Below, piece after piece: positions 27,951 to 38,846 of a DNA stretch of 54,150 nt. The position numbers and the translations under genes were made by a program. The notes beneath the pieces were generated by a model that saw only the letters and a list, made by a program, of their open reading frames with translations, was not told the DNA's origin and searched no databases. This DNA comes from an uncultured bacterium (lineage in GTDB: Bacteria; Zixibacteria; MSB-5A5; JAABVY01; JAHJOQ01): contig CBDUQR010000016.1 of assembly GCA_965369655.1 (NCBI GenBank), positions 1 to 54,150 of the forward strand, in the 5' to 3' direction. The stretch's first letter is position 1; every line of letters begins with the position of its first letter.

Positions 27951-30401
27951 CTAAGGTGCGACCGGCTTTTCGGCGGAATTGAATGTAAACGTCAGTTTCT
28001 CGCTCTCCTCCGGGCAGTCGATCAGGATGTTGCAGTCGCCTGCAAACTGACCTCTCAGAATCTCCTCGGCGAGCGGATCTTCGAGAAACCTCTGGATCGC
28101 CCTGTTTAAAGGCCTTGCACCGAAGTTTGGGTCATAACCCTTGTCCGCGATGAACTCTTTGGCATTGTCAGTCAGCCTGAAGGAGATTCCTTTCTCAGCC
28201 AGCCGTTTGGCGACATCCGAGAGCTGTATGTCGATGATCTCCCTGATATCGTCCTTTGTCAACTGGCGGAAGATTACCGTCTCGTCTATTCTGTTGAGCA
28301 ACTCCGGATTGAATATCTTCTTGAGTTCCCCTGTGACCCGTTTAGACATGTCTCCATGTTCCAGCGGACCATCTGCGTCGGCTTTGAAGCCGAGCGTCTT
28401 GGAATCGAAAATCTGCCTCGTTCCGATATTCGAGGTCATGATTATCACGGTATTGCGAAAATCAACCTTGCGTCCGAACGAATCAGTCAGACTGCCGTCG
28501 TCGAGGAGCTGCAGGAGGATATTGAACACATCCTGATGCGCTTTTTCGATCTCGTCGAGCAGTACCACGGAATAGGGGTGACGGCGTACTTTTTCGGTCA
28601 ACTGACCGCCCTCCTCGTATCCGACGTATCCGGGCGGAGCGCCAATGAGCCTCGATACTGCGAATTTCTCCATGTACTCGGACATGTCGATTCTGATGAG
28701 AGCCTTCTCGTCCTCAAACAGGAATTTCGCGAGGACACGCGCAAGCTCAGTTTTACCAACGCCGGTCGGGCCGAGGAATATGAATGATCCGATCGGCCTG
28801 GTCGGATCGCCAAGTCCCGCCCGCGCACGACGAATAGCCTTTGCAATGGCAGTGATAGCTTCTTTCTGTCCCACGATGAGTTTCGCCAGTTCCTCCTCCA
28901 TCCGGATGAGTCTGCGGGATTCGTGTTCTTCGAGTCTGAATAATGGAATGCCGGTCATCTTCGAAACAACGACAGCAACATCTTCGGAAGTCAGTTCTAT
29001 CTGCTCCTTTTCGCGATCTGCATCCCAATCCTGCTTCATCTGTTCGAGTTTATCACGCCTGGCTTTGAGTTCATCGCGAAGCTGTGCTGCCGTTTCGAAT
29101 GCCTGATTCTTGACAGCTTCTTCTTTGCTTGTGGAGAGTTCCTCGATCTCTTTCTCGAATTCGGTGAACTCCTCCGGCTTGGTATAAGTAGACAGATGGG
29201 CGCGCGAGCCTGCCTCGTCAATAATATCGAGAGCTTTATCCGGCTGGAACTTGCCGGTAATATACCTGTCGGACAGTTTGACTGCGGCTTCGACAGCCTC
29301 ATCCGAAATTTCCAGCTTGTGATGCTCTTCGTATTTCTGACGGAGACCCTTCAGGATGGCGATAGTATCTTCCGTAGACGGAGGCTCGATCATGACAGTC
29401 TGAAATCTTCGATCGAGAGCGCCGTCTTTCTCGATATACTTGCGGTATTCGTTGAGAGTCGTTGCCCCGATGCACTGCAACTCACCACGTGAGAGAGCAG
29501 GTTTGAAAATATTGGATGCGTCGAGAGATCCCTCTGCGCCGCCCGCCCCGACGATCGTATGCAGTTCGTCAATGAATATTATCACGTCCTGACAGTCTAT
29601 GATCTCGTTCATCACGGCTTTTAGCCGCTCTTCGAATTGACCGCGATACTTAGTGCCGGCGACAAGTGACGCCATATCCAGAGTTACCAGTCTCTGGTTC
29701 TCGAGCGTCTGGGGAACTTTGCCCTTAACGATTCTCTGCGCGAGTCCTTCGGCGATTGCAGTCTTGCCCACTCCCGGTTCGCCGATCAACAGCGGGTTGT
29801 TCTTCTTTCTGCGTGACAGAATCTGGCTCACCCTTTCGATTTCATCATCGCGTCCGATGACAGGATCGAGTTTTCCTCTGCGGGCGAGTTCGGTCAGATC
29901 TCTTCCAAAGTGATCGAGTGCCGGCGTCTTGCTTTTCTTACGCTTGCGAGAAAACGACGACGGATTGCCGCCGAGGATATTCTTGAGTTCGTCATAGACT
30001 TCCTGGTAGGAGATGTCGTACATCGTCAGCACCTGCGCCGCGACGCCCTCCTCGTCCTTCAGCAGCGACAGCAGAATGTGCTCGGTATCGATGTCCTTCG
30101 ACTTCAGCGCACGAGCCTCCTGACCGGCCACCTCGAGAGTCTTCTTTGCGCGAGCTGTCAGGGGGAGTTGCCCCATCGTTATCGTGCCGCCGGACGGCTG
30201 AACGACGTCCTCTATCGATTGTTTGAGATCGTTCAGGTCGAGGCCAATGTTGGCGACGATTTCGACCGCTCGTCCTTCGCCGAGTTTGAGCAAACCGAGG
30301 AGAAGATGTTCGGTCCCGATGTAATCGTGGCGTAATCTCGAAGCCTCGTCACGGGCATACTCGATCGCTTTCCTGGCCAGTTCAGTGAACATCTCATTCA
30401 T
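27951..30401 (-). CDS. clpC: ATP-dependent Clp protease ATP-binding subunit ClpC
   Basis: Clp-N repeats, two AAA+ modules ([16 protein letters not shown]), UVR coiled coil, LGF ClpP-docking loop; ATG 30401 after GGGAGG. Confidence 0.95.
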   Translation of the reverse strand: MNEMFTELARKAIEYARDEASRLRHDYIGTEHLLLGLLKLGEGRAVEIVANIGLDLNDLKQSIEDVVQPSGGTITMGQLPLTARAKKTLEVAGQEARALKSKDIDTEHILLSLLKDEEGVAAQVLTMYDISYQEVYDELKNILGGNPSSFSRKRKKSKTPALDHFGRDLTELARRGKLDPVIGRDDEIERVSQILSRRKKNNPLLIGEPGVGKTAIAEGLAQRIVKGKVPQTLENQRLVTLDMASLVAGTKYRGQFEERLKAVMNEIIDCQDVIIFIDELHTIVGAGGAEGSLDASNIFKPALSRGELQCIGATTLNEYRKYIEKDGALDRRFQTVMIEPPSTEDTIAILKGLRQKYEEHHKLEISDEAVEAAVKLSDRYITGKFQPDKALDIIDEAGSRAHLSTYTKPEEFTEFEKEIEELSTSKEEAVKNQAFETAAQLRDELKARRDKLEQMKQDWDADREKEQIELTSEDVAVVVSKMTGIPLFRLEEHESRRLIRMEEELAKLIVGQKEAITAIAKAIRRARAGLGDPTRPIGSFIFLGPTGVGKTELARVLAKFLFEDEKALIRIDMSEYMEKFAVSRLIGAPPGYVGYEEGGQLTEKVRRHPYSVVLLDEIEKAHQDVFNILLQLLDDGSLTDSFGRKVDFRNTVIIMTSNIGTRQIFDSKTLGFKADADGPLEHGDMSKRVTGELKKIFNPELLNRIDETVIFRQLTKDDIREIIDIQLSDVAKRLAEKGISFRLTDNAKEFIADKGYDPNFGARPLNRAIQRFLEDPLAEEILRGQFAGDCNILIDCPEESEKLTFTFNSAEKPVAP

Positions 30402-30426
30402 TTGCAACCTCCCTGGTTATAGCTGT

Positions 30427-31476
30427 TCATCGGTCTGCGAGCCTGCTGCGAACGAGTTCCGCTCTCTTGTTGTCGCGCTCCGATGAAGAAAGCTCCCGTC
30501 TGAGTAGCTTCTGCAGATGTGCAGGCTGAGCCAGAAGCATGATCTCGTTGATCAGCCTCATCGGAAGCATATCGAGGATTCCCATCGAAACTCCCAGCCT
30601 GACTGCAGAAAGCAGGTTCATAGCCTCTTCGGACGTCAGCACGCGAGCGTGCTTTAGTATTCCATACGCCCGCCATATCTTGTCCTTTATCTCTTCGCCC
30701 GCATCTCGAACCATCGTCCGTCGGGCGTTTTCTTCGTGACTCATCAACTGACGCGTTACTTCCTCCAGCGAACCTATGATGTCCTCCTCGGTCCGTCCGA
30801 GCGTGGTCTGGTTCGATATCTGGAACAGGTTCCCGAGCACGTCAGTACCCTCGCCGTAGAATCCTCTCACAGCGAGTCCGACTTTGGTGATCTGCGAAAT
30901 CACGGCGTCAATCTCGTTGGTCAGGACCAATCCCGGTAAATGTATCAGCACCGAGGCCCTGAGTCCTGTGCCAACGTTGGTCGGACAGGAAGTCAGATAG
31001 CCATATTTGCTGCTGAAGTCGTAGTCGAGTCTCTCGTTCAGTTTCTTGTCGATATCGTTGGCTCGGCTCATGGCCGCCCTGATTTCGAGACCTGACCGGA
31101 ACGACTGTATTCGGAGATGATCCTCTTCATTGATCATAATCGAAACCGATTCATCGTTCAGCACATAGACTGCGCCGTCTCTCGGCTCCCGCATGAATTC
31201 AGGCGAAATCAGATGTCTCTCGATGAGGAAATCCCTATCGAGCCTGCCGATGCTTTCGGAGTCGTACAATTTGCCGGTATCGAGAAGTCCCCGGTCATCC
31301 AGAGCCATGCGAATGTAATTCTTTGCGCTTGCCTGGACATCTGCCGGAGCTCTGCCGGGATACTGCAGATTGGCTATGTTTCGCGCGAGTCTGATGCGAC
31401 TCGACATCACTATCGATGCATCGCTGCCATCAGCTTCCAGCCACCTGGCGGGTTTTTCTATTAGCTCGTCAAACAT
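30427..31476 (-). CDS. mcsB: Protein arginine kinase McsB
   Basis: SSRIRLARN, INEEDHLR, GYLTSCPTNVGTGLRASV, FQISNQTTLG. Confidence 0.95.
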   Translation of the reverse strand: MFDELIEKPARWLEADGSDASIVMSSRIRLARNIANLQYPGRAPADVQASAKNYIRMALDDRGLLDTGKLYDSESIGRLDRDFLIERHLISPEFMREPRDGAVYVLNDESVSIMINEEDHLRIQSFRSGLEIRAAMSRANDIDKKLNERLDYDFSSKYGYLTSCPTNVGTGLRASVLIHLPGLVLTNEIDAVISQITKVGLAVRGFYGEGTDVLGNLFQISNQTTLGRTEEDIIGSLEEVTRQLMSHEENARRTMVRDAGEEIKDKIWRAYGILKHARVLTSEEAMNLLSAVRLGVSMGILDMLPMRLINEIMLLAQPAHLQKLLRRELSSSERDNKRAELVRSRLADR

Positions 31477-31524
31477 ATCTTCCTCTAACAGAAGTATACT
31501 GTCGCCGGTTCAGGTCGACAATAG

Positions 31525-32028
31525 CTAATGTTCTTTCACCGTCATTTCCTTGAGCCTGTCTCTCAGTTCGGCGGCCAGTTCGAAATCCTCGTTTTCGACT
31601 GCCTCGCGAAGCTGTTCCTTGAGTTTCAACTCTTTCCTTATCGGCTCCATTTTCTCAGGTGATCCCGCGGGCATACAGCCGACGTGTCGATTGGAGCCAT
31701 GGATTTTCCTGAGAAGATCATCGAGCTGCGGGTGAAACGCCTCGTAGCACTTTCCGCAGCCGAACCTTCCGGTCCTGGAAAACTCGGCGAAAGTCAGCCC
31801 GCAACCGTCACAGATGATCTGCTTGAGCGAGCCTGACGCCGCCTGCGCCTTCTCGACCATGCTGGAGAGGAAATCTCCTAGTGGGAAAGGAACGTTTTTG
31901 AGCGGATTGTTGAATCCACGCCTCTCGGCGCACGCCTCACACAGGTTCAAAACTTTTTTCTGATTGCTGATCACCTGCGTGAGATGAATGGTCGCTTCGC
32001 GCTCATTGCAATCCTGGCACAGCATCAT
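31525..32028 (-). CDS. mcsA: McsA activator (Zn fingers + UVR domain)
   Basis: Four CxxC pairs, IHGSNRHVG, ENEDFELAAELRD. Confidence 0.93.
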   Translation of the reverse strand: MMLCQDCNEREATIHLTQVISNQKKVLNLCEACAERRGFNNPLKNVPFPLGDFLSSMVEKAQAASGSLKQIICDGCGLTFAEFSRTGRFGCGKCYEAFHPQLDDLLRKIHGSNRHVGCMPAGSPEKMEPIRKELKLKEQLREAVENEDFELAAELRDRLKEMTVKEH

Positions 32029-32792
32029 AGTTCTCCTACGTCAGCAGGAATCGCGCGACCGTTCGAGAGTTCAAAAACCTGGTTGGCTCTCGCTGCGAAC
32101 TCCCGATTGTGAGTCGCGATTATGAACGTAATGCCCGATTTCCTGTTCAATTCAAGCAGAGTGTCATGCAGAGCCGCAGCGGTTTTGGTGTCGAGATTGC
32201 CGCTCGGCTCGTCTGCGAGGACCAATTTGGGGTCCGCCACGAGAGCTCTCGCTACTGCGACTCTCTGCTGTTCTCCGCCCGAAAGCTTTCCGGGCCTGTG
32301 ACCAGCCCTGTCTGCCAGTCCTACTATGTTTAACGCTTCAAGCGCTTTCTTGTTCGACTCTTTTGGATTATCTCCGCGTATCAGCAGAGGTATCATGACA
32401 TTTTCGAGCGCGCTGAAGTCCGACATCAGGTGATGAAACTGAAACACGAATCCGATGTTGTCATTTCTGAAGCCTGCCAGTTGTTCGTCGTCCATGTCAC
32501 TGTATCTCTCGCCGCAGACCTCGAGTTTTCCGGATGAATATGTGTCGAGTCCTCCCAGTATGTGCAGGAGTGTGCTCTTGCCCGCGCCCGATTCTCCAAC
32601 AATCGACACTACATCTCCAGACTTGACTTCCAGATCGACTCCGGTCAAAACCCGCAGCACGCCGTCGGCCGTATCGAAGCTCTTCTGAAGTCCTGTGGCC
32701 CTGACAACTATGTCAGACCCCATTTCCGGGGCTGATTCGGCGCGTTGCTCTTCCGCGTTGTAGCTATTCATATTTTCGCCACAGGCAGACAT
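32025..32792 (-). CDS. lolD: Lipoprotein-releasing ABC transporter ATPase LolD-like
   Basis: [35 protein letters not shown]; follows lolC/E; start may be ATG 32771. Confidence 0.85.
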   Translation of the reverse strand: MSACGENMNSYNAEEQRAESAPEMGSDIVVRATGLQKSFDTADGVLRVLTGVDLEVKSGDVVSIVGESGAGKSTLLHILGGLDTYSSGKLEVCGERYSDMDDEQLAGFRNDNIGFVFQFHHLMSDFSALENVMIPLLIRGDNPKESNKKALEALNIVGLADRAGHRPGKLSGGEQQRVAVARALVADPKLVLADEPSGNLDTKTAAALHDTLLELNRKSGITFIIATHNREFAARANQVFELSNGRAIPADVGEL

Positions 32793-32806
32793 TTGTTTAG
32801 CATAAT

Positions 32807-34045
32807 TTATTCGTATCTAAGAATTTCCACAGGATAAAGCCGCCCGGCCCTGTATGCCGGATAGATGGCGGCAAGGAAACTGAGCAGGATGGATGTTCCC
32901 GCGATAATGGCGAAATCGGTAAATATCATCTCGACCGGCAACTTGCTGATGAAATAGATGTCGGCTGGCAGCGATATTATGCCGAACTTCTGCTGCGCAT
33001 AGCATATGAGAAGTCCCACGATCGTGCCGGCGATTGTGCCTATCGTTCCGGTCACGAGACCCTGATAGACAAAAATGCGCGTTATCGATTTCCGTGTGGC
33101 CCCCATCGACTTGAGTATCGCTATCTCACGCTTCTTTTCGAGCACGAGCATAACGAGTGTCGAGACGATGTTGAATGCGGCAACCGCTATGATCAGCCCG
33201 AAGCCGACAAACATGCCGTATTTCTCCAGCTTCATCCACGAGTAGAGGTTACGGTGCATCTCGGTCCAGTCTGTCGCGAAAAACGGATAACCGAGAAGGG
33301 TGTTCATCCGGTCGGCGACAGCTCTCGATTTGTGCATGTCGTCGAGCCTGATCTGGATTCCCGTTACAAGCTGTTCCATCTTGAAAAGCTTCTGAGCCGA
33401 GGGGATGCTGATGTAACAGAGCGAAGCATCGTATTCGTGGAGACCGTTGGAGAATATGCCGGAGACCGTGAACTGCGCAACCTTCGGCATCTTCATACCG
33501 GTCACACCTCCGACAAACGTCATATCCTTGAGGCTCATCAATACGACTCGCGATCCGATAGTGACGCCGAGCCTGTCGGCGAGAGTCACGCCGAGCACGA
33601 TTCCGGGAAGTCCCGACTCCATCGTATCGAGACTCAGTTCACCGCGTGTGATTGTCTCGCGAAGATCGGATACGCCGGTCTCAAGCGCCGGATCGATGCC
33701 CCGCACCATCGTACCATCGTTTTCCCTCGATGATGAGATCGATGCTTTGTAATAGACGAACGGCGCGGCTGCTTCGACATGATCGAACCGGAGAACCTCG
33801 CTTAGCAGGCTGTCGGCATCCTCGATCCCGATGTCATCGAACGTATAGATCGAAATATGTGCAAGAGTGCCCACGATTCTCCCGCGGACCTCGGATTCAA
33901 AACCGTTCATCATCGACAAGACTGTCACGAGTGCGGCTACACCGATGGTGATACCTGCAATGGTGATAAGCGAAATGACCGATATGAATCTCTCGCGCTG
34001 CTTCGATTTCATGTAGCGGGCAGCGATGAAGGCCTCGTAACGCAT
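32807..34045 (-). CDS. Lipoprotein-releasing ABC transporter permease LolC/E
   Basis: LSMMNGFE, VAAFNIVSTL, EIAILKSMGA, PVEILRYE. Confidence 0.9.
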   Translation of the reverse strand: MRYEAFIAARYMKSKQRERFISVISLITIAGITIGVAALVTVLSMMNGFESEVRGRIVGTLAHISIYTFDDIGIEDADSLLSEVLRFDHVEAAAPFVYYKASISSSRENDGTMVRGIDPALETGVSDLRETITRGELSLDTMESGLPGIVLGVTLADRLGVTIGSRVVLMSLKDMTFVGGVTGMKMPKVAQFTVSGIFSNGLHEYDASLCYISIPSAQKLFKMEQLVTGIQIRLDDMHKSRAVADRMNTLLGYPFFATDWTEMHRNLYSWMKLEKYGMFVGFGLIIAVAAFNIVSTLVMLVLEKKREIAILKSMGATRKSITRIFVYQGLVTGTIGTIAGTIVGLLICYAQQKFGIISLPADIYFISKLPVEMIFTDFAIIAGTSILLSFLAAIYPAYRAGRLYPVEILRYE

Positions 34046-34048
34046 TGT

Positions 34049-35554
34049 CTACTCCGGTTTCAACTGAGGGAAGAGGAGGACTTCGCGGATATTGGTCTGA
34101 TTGGTCAGGAGCATGACCATCCTGTCTACTCCGAATCCGAGCCCGCCTGTCGGCGGCATGCCATATTCGAGCGCGCGCAGGAAGTCTTCGTCGAGGACGT
34201 GCGCTTCAGCGTCGCCAAGTTTCGAGAGCTCCCGCTGCATTTCGAAGCGGCGGCGCTGGTCGATCGGGTCGTTGAGTTCTGAGAATGCGTTCGCCATTTC
34301 CATGCCGCAGACAAAAAGCTCGAAGCGTTCGGTGAGTTTTGGGTTATCTCGATGGATTTTCGCCAGCGGTGACATCTCGAGCGGATGATCGGTGATGAAC
34401 GTCGGCTGTATCAGATTTGGCTGTACTTTCTCGGTGAAAATGTCATCGATGATCTTGGCTCGTCCTCGGGATTCCTCGATCTCGATGCCTTTGGATTTGC
34501 ATTCGCGCACGAGCGCGCTGTCGTCGAGGGTCGAGACATCGATGTCGGCATACTTCTTTATCGCGTCAAGTATGCTGAGTCTCGGCCATTCCGCGCTGAG
34601 ATCGATCTCGTGTCCCTGATAAAATATTGTCGTCGAACCGGGGACGACACTGGCAACATAAGTGAAAAGTCTCTGCATCAATTCCATGATATCGTTATAG
34701 TCGACGAACGCCTGGTAGAGTTCGACCATCGTGAACTCAGGATTATGAAGCCGATCGAGTCCCTCGTTGCGGAAGTCCTTGCATACCTCGTAGACTTTTT
34801 CGAACCCGCCGATAATCAGTCTTTTGAGATAAAGCTCATCAGCGATCCGCAGATACAATTCCATTCCGAGCCTGTTGTGATAAGTCGTGAACGGCTCGGC
34901 AGAACCGCCGCCGTAGAGCGGTTGCAGAATCGGAGTTTCGACCTCGACAAATCCTTCGCCGTCAAGAAAACTTCTTATGGCCTGAATAATCTTCGTGCGT
35001 GCCAGGAATATCTTCTTAACGTCTCGATTGGATATGAGGTCGAGATATCGCTGTCGGTATCTGACTTCGACGTCTTTCAGCCCGTGCCATTTCTCGGGAA
35101 GGGGGCGAAGGGATTTCGCAAGGAGTTCAAAGCTCTCCACCCAGATTGACATCTCGCCCTTCTTCGTCCTGAACGCTGTGCCGGTGCAGCCGATTATGTC
35201 TCCGGCATCCAGTTGTTTGAACAGGGCATATTTATCATCACCGAGCACGTCTTTTTTCATGTAAAGCTGAATCTGTCCAGAGTCATCCTGTATGTGACAG
35301 AATGAGGCCTTGCCCATCACTCGTTTCGTCATGAGCCTGCCGGCTGTGGATATGACCTGCTTTCCGGATTCAAGCTTGTCGAAGTCGTCGATTACCTCGC
35401 GAGTGCTGTACGAGACATTATATTTGTATGGATACGGGTTGACGCCGGATTCGCGCAAGGCTTCGAGCTTCTGAATCCTGACGGATCGCTGCTCCGATGT
35501 ATTCTCTGCATCTGACTTGGTCAATTGCGGCTCCCTGCTCTCTGATGTAGTCAT
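34049..35554 (-). CDS. lysS: Lysine--tRNA ligase, class II
   Basis: YRQRYLDLI, FRNEG, HNPEFT, YGMPPTGGLGFG; ATG 35554 overlaps the coaD stop codon. Confidence 0.96.
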   Translation of the reverse strand: MTTSESREPQLTKSDAENTSEQRSVRIQKLEALRESGVNPYPYKYNVSYSTREVIDDFDKLESGKQVISTAGRLMTKRVMGKASFCHIQDDSGQIQLYMKKDVLGDDKYALFKQLDAGDIIGCTGTAFRTKKGEMSIWVESFELLAKSLRPLPEKWHGLKDVEVRYRQRYLDLISNRDVKKIFLARTKIIQAIRSFLDGEGFVEVETPILQPLYGGGSAEPFTTYHNRLGMELYLRIADELYLKRLIIGGFEKVYEVCKDFRNEGLDRLHNPEFTMVELYQAFVDYNDIMELMQRLFTYVASVVPGSTTIFYQGHEIDLSAEWPRLSILDAIKKYADIDVSTLDDSALVRECKSKGIEIEESRGRAKIIDDIFTEKVQPNLIQPTFITDHPLEMSPLAKIHRDNPKLTERFELFVCGMEMANAFSELNDPIDQRRRFEMQRELSKLGDAEAHVLDEDFLRALEYGMPPTGGLGFGVDRMVMLLTNQTNIREVLLFPQLKPE

Positions 35555-36039
35555 TCGAGTCCCGAGTATTTTTCGATCAATTTTTTCTCGACACACTTGG
35601 GAACGTGCTTGGAAATATCTCCGTTATTTCTCGCGACCTCTCGGACAAGCGAGGAGGAGAGATACACGTATCTCAACGACGGCATAAGAAACACGGTTTC
35701 GACCTCGCTGGCAAGTTGTCTGTTCATCAGCGCAAGCTGGAACTCATATTCGAAGTCGGACACCGCTCGAAGTCCTCTGAAAATCGCAGTCGCCTTCTGC
35801 TTGATCGCAAAGTCAGCCAACAGCCCGGTGAATCCTATGACCGTGATGCGATCCACATCTGCCGTCGCTTCTTTTGCGAGGTTGAGCCGTTCTTCAGCAG
35901 AGAAGAGACACGGTTTCTCACTGTTCATCGCTACCGCGACGACCAATTTGTCGAAGAGATGTGTGGCCCTGTTGATCAGATCGAGATGGCCGTTCGTAAT
36001 GGGATCAAAACTTCCGGGATAAATAGCGATCTTCATCAT
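35551..36039 (-). CDS. coaD: Phosphopantetheine adenylyltransferase
   Basis: YPGSFDPITNGH, RGLRAVSDFEYE, SSSLVRE. Confidence 0.96.
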   Translation of the reverse strand: MMKIAIYPGSFDPITNGHLDLINRATHLFDKLVVAVAMNSEKPCLFSAEERLNLAKEATADVDRITVIGFTGLLADFAIKQKATAIFRGLRAVSDFEYEFQLALMNRQLASEVETVFLMPSLRYVYLSSSLVREVARNNGDISKHVPKCVEKKLIEKYSGLE

Positions 36040-36584
36040 ATTTTCCTAAGTATCAGGATTTCACTCTGTCCGAATTGGCGTTCTCGCAGCAGTTTATAAC
36101 TCTTTGGATCGAAGGATGCCTTCGACTTGCCGGAGTGTTCGAGGACGATCAGACATCCCGACCTCACAATTCCGTCAGCCGCTATCCTCGATAGAAGCTT
36201 CGTAGCCAAATGTGTGCCGTATGGCGGATCGGCCAGGAGAAGCGTTATGTCGCCGAGCGCGCTAAATCTGTCGAGGGCATCCGGCAGCCTGAGTTTCAGG
36301 ATCTCAGACTTCCCTGTCATCGCGACTGTCTGAAGATTCTCTTTGACGATTTTCAGCGCGTCACGGGAATCGTCGATGAAATAACATTTCTTTGCCCCGC
36401 GCGACAACGCCTCTATACCGAGGTTCCCGGAGCCACAGAACATGTCCGCGACCACGGCGTTCGCTATCTCGGGAGCGACAATATTGAATATGCACTCCTT
36501 CACCTGCTCGAGCGTCGGTCTCACCTCGAGACCTTTCAAGGTTTTGAGCTTGAATCCCTTCTTCTCTCCTGCAACGATTCTCAT
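36036..36584 (-). CDS. rsmD: 16S rRNA m2G966 methyltransferase
   Basis: MRIVAG, RPT, DMFCGSGNLGIEALSRGA, DPPY. Confidence 0.92.
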   Translation of the reverse strand: MRIVAGEKKGFKLKTLKGLEVRPTLEQVKECIFNIVAPEIANAVVADMFCGSGNLGIEALSRGAKKCYFIDDSRDALKIVKENLQTVAMTGKSEILKLRLPDALDRFSALGDITLLLADPPYGTHLATKLLSRIAADGIVRSGCLIVLEHSGKSKASFDPKSYKLLRERQFGQSEILILRKI

Positions 36585-36585
36585 A

Positions 36586-37467
36586 TCAGATCGCCCCAAG
36601 CGCCGCAAGCGGCAGGATCAAACGTTCCGGTCTTTCCACTGTTCCGCGAAGAACGCGTGAGATGGGTCTGCTTTCCGATCTGACGAATCCGAGCTTTTTG
36701 ACGATCGCATCAGCCAGCCGGTCATCCGTGGAAGCGTCGAGCAGGATTCTGCTTCCCGGATTGCGGTGCGTATCCGAACTCCATGAGAGATAGGTCGCAA
36801 GTGTCTCGATGAACGAATCGGTCGATTCACCCGCTGGCAGGCGCGCAGACGTCAGTTCCTGATCCTGCATGCCGGTAGTGCGTACGACATAGGCCGATCT
36901 CCCACCGAGGTAGATGCATTCCGTGATTTGCGTCTCCTTTGAAGCGGCATACTTGCGGAATACATAATGCAGTATGGATTGCGGCGTCCAGATACTGTCG
37001 AGGACGAATCCGGCGGAGATTGATTGTTTCATCAACGAGTCGATCAGGCGTCTCTTAACAGCGCGAATCTTGCGTGTCTGGAATTCCCCGTTCGCGGAGG
37101 AGCCGACGTACACAGACTCGTATATATAACCTTCGTTTTCATCCGTGAGATGTTTACTTAGTTCCCACATTTCCCAGTCATCACGATCGATCTCGGAGTC
37201 GACAGGGATGCTCACCGTAGATTCCACTATGTAATCGGGTGGCAAGACCAGCGATATCGGCACAAGGCTGCACTTATCAGGGAGCATCGATTTAATCTGC
37301 GTCAGAATTCTGCTGAAGTGATTCGAGGAAGCGCCTGTGTCGGGGCGCAACTCGAACTCTGCCGTACAGACCAGCCGGTGTCTCTTGCGCAATACCCGGA
37401 TTATGACAGCCTTCACGTATCCGTCGTCGAATTCGAGTCCGAGCCTGTATGAGTATGGCGAGATCAT
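36586..37467 (-). CDS. Hypothetical protein, weak PilM/GspL actin-like resemblance
   Basis: N-terminal LGLEFDDGYVKAV resembles the PilM GLDIGxxxIKxV start; ends PLAALGA; translationally coupled to neighbours. Confidence 0.5.
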   Translation of the reverse strand: MISPYSYRLGLEFDDGYVKAVIIRVLRKRHRLVCTAEFELRPDTGASSNHFSRILTQIKSMLPDKCSLVPISLVLPPDYIVESTVSIPVDSEIDRDDWEMWELSKHLTDENEGYIYESVYVGSSANGEFQTRKIRAVKRRLIDSLMKQSISAGFVLDSIWTPQSILHYVFRKYAASKETQITECIYLGGRSAYVVRTTGMQDQELTSARLPAGESTDSFIETLATYLSWSSDTHRNPGSRILLDASTDDRLADAIVKKLGFVRSESRPISRVLRGTVERPERLILPLAALGAI

Positions 37468-37883
37468 TCGTCGCCTGTGCCTATCATGTTCCTGATGGCC
37501 TTGAGTTTCGCCTCTCCAATACCGTTGACTTGCGTCAGATCATCGACCGTATCAAACTTGCCATAGCTTCGCCTGTGCTCCACGATACGCTTCGCAATAA
37601 ATGTCCCGATACCCGGCAGCAATACAAGCGAATCTATCGGGGCGGTGTTGATATTGATCCGGTTGATTATCAGCATTTCCTGCGTTACCGATCCTGCGCC
37701 GCCGTATGTATGAGAAGGGTATTGCGGCAGAGCCTCTATCTGGTTGATGACCACTTCGGGAGTGATCACTTCTCTCGACTTCTGGAAAATCGCGACAGCA
37801 CCTCCTGCAAGGAGCAGCGCCATCAGAAACAGCACTGCTCGGAAATCGGATGCAAACAAGAATTCAGGGCGCTTGAAAACCAT
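37464..37883 (-). CDS. comEA: ComEA family helix-hairpin-helix DNA-binding protein
   Basis: N-terminal TM, ININTA, LPGIG..IAKRIV, VNGIG. Confidence 0.85.
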   Translation of the reverse strand: MVFKRPEFLFASDFRAVLFLMALLLAGGAVAIFQKSREVITPEVVINQIEALPQYPSHTYGGAGSVTQEMLIINRININTAPIDSLVLLPGIGTFIAKRIVEHRRSYGKFDTVDDLTQVNGIGEAKLKAIRNMIGTGDE

Positions 37884-37919
37884 ATCAAGCCTCGCTATTT
37901 AAGCCTGTCAAAGATATTG

Positions 37920-38846
37920 TCAGCGTGAGAGAAGGGCAACCAAAACTTTGCCCACGTCGGCAAGACTTTCGGGACTGCACTTGTCCGGAGTGTCTGCGAG
38001 AGTATGCCAGTACGGATAGTCGAAATCGATGATGTCGATCACGGGGATCCCTTTGGTCAGGAACGGGATGTGGTCATCGTAGATCGTATACTTAACCTGG
38101 TCGACAAATGAAGTCACCCCAAGCTCCGCAGCGGTTTTCCACACGAGGTCGTTGATGCGCCTGGCGTTGGACTGCGAGTACTGCTCCCGGTAGATATTCA
38201 GATCCGCGTCGCCGATCATATCGATGAGAATTCCGAATGCGTATTTGCTGCGCGAGATACTCTCGGAGAAATGCTTCGAGCCGATGCAGAAGTAGTCGTG
38301 ATACCCAGCCTGACCATAGTCCTCGCAGTCGAAGAGCACGATGTCTATTCCGTACGGTGAGTCGAGTTCGGAGACTAAGTTAGCGATCTCCATCAGGACT
38401 GCGCAGCCGGAAGCGCCGTCGTTGGCGCCCAGTATCGGGATATGTTTTTTTGATGAATCAGGATCAAGATCGGCGAACGGTCGGGTGTCCCAGTGAGCAC
38501 AGAGGATGATTCGCGGCATGCGCCCCGGATTGAATTCCGCTATCACGTTGGCGAGTTCGGAGAACGTCGTGTCCTCGACTGTATCTGTGAATTCGAATCT
38601 CTGGAGCCAGACCGAATCAGCGCGCGATCTGAAAAAGCTCTGGTAGTAATCGAGTGCCCGTCTTGCTCCTTCGGAGCCGGGATTTCGCGGGCCGATGTCG
38701 CACTGCTCGATCAGATACTGATATGACCTGTCACCGCTGAATTCAGGCGATCCTGATTCGCATCTCGATAACCCGATCGACAGGAGCGCCAGAAACGCCA
38801 GCGTCGGGCGACGGATCGAAATGTGAATCGGCATTTTCAAGTTCAT
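37920..38846 (-). CDS. M28 family peptidase / glutaminyl cyclase-like exported protein
   Basis: GPRNPGS, AHWDTR, GANDGASG, FDCED, DMIGD, DDH, YWHT. Confidence 0.85.
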   Translation of the reverse strand: MNLKMPIHISIRRPTLAFLALLSIGLSRCESGSPEFSGDRSYQYLIEQCDIGPRNPGSEGARRALDYYQSFFRSRADSVWLQRFEFTDTVEDTTFSELANVIAEFNPGRMPRIILCAHWDTRPFADLDPDSSKKHIPILGANDGASGCAVLMEIANLVSELDSPYGIDIVLFDCEDYGQAGYHDYFCIGSKHFSESISRSKYAFGILIDMIGDADLNIYREQYSQSNARRINDLVWKTAAELGVTSFVDQVKYTIYDDHIPFLTKGIPVIDIIDFDYPYWHTLADTPDKCSPESLADVGKVLVALLSR

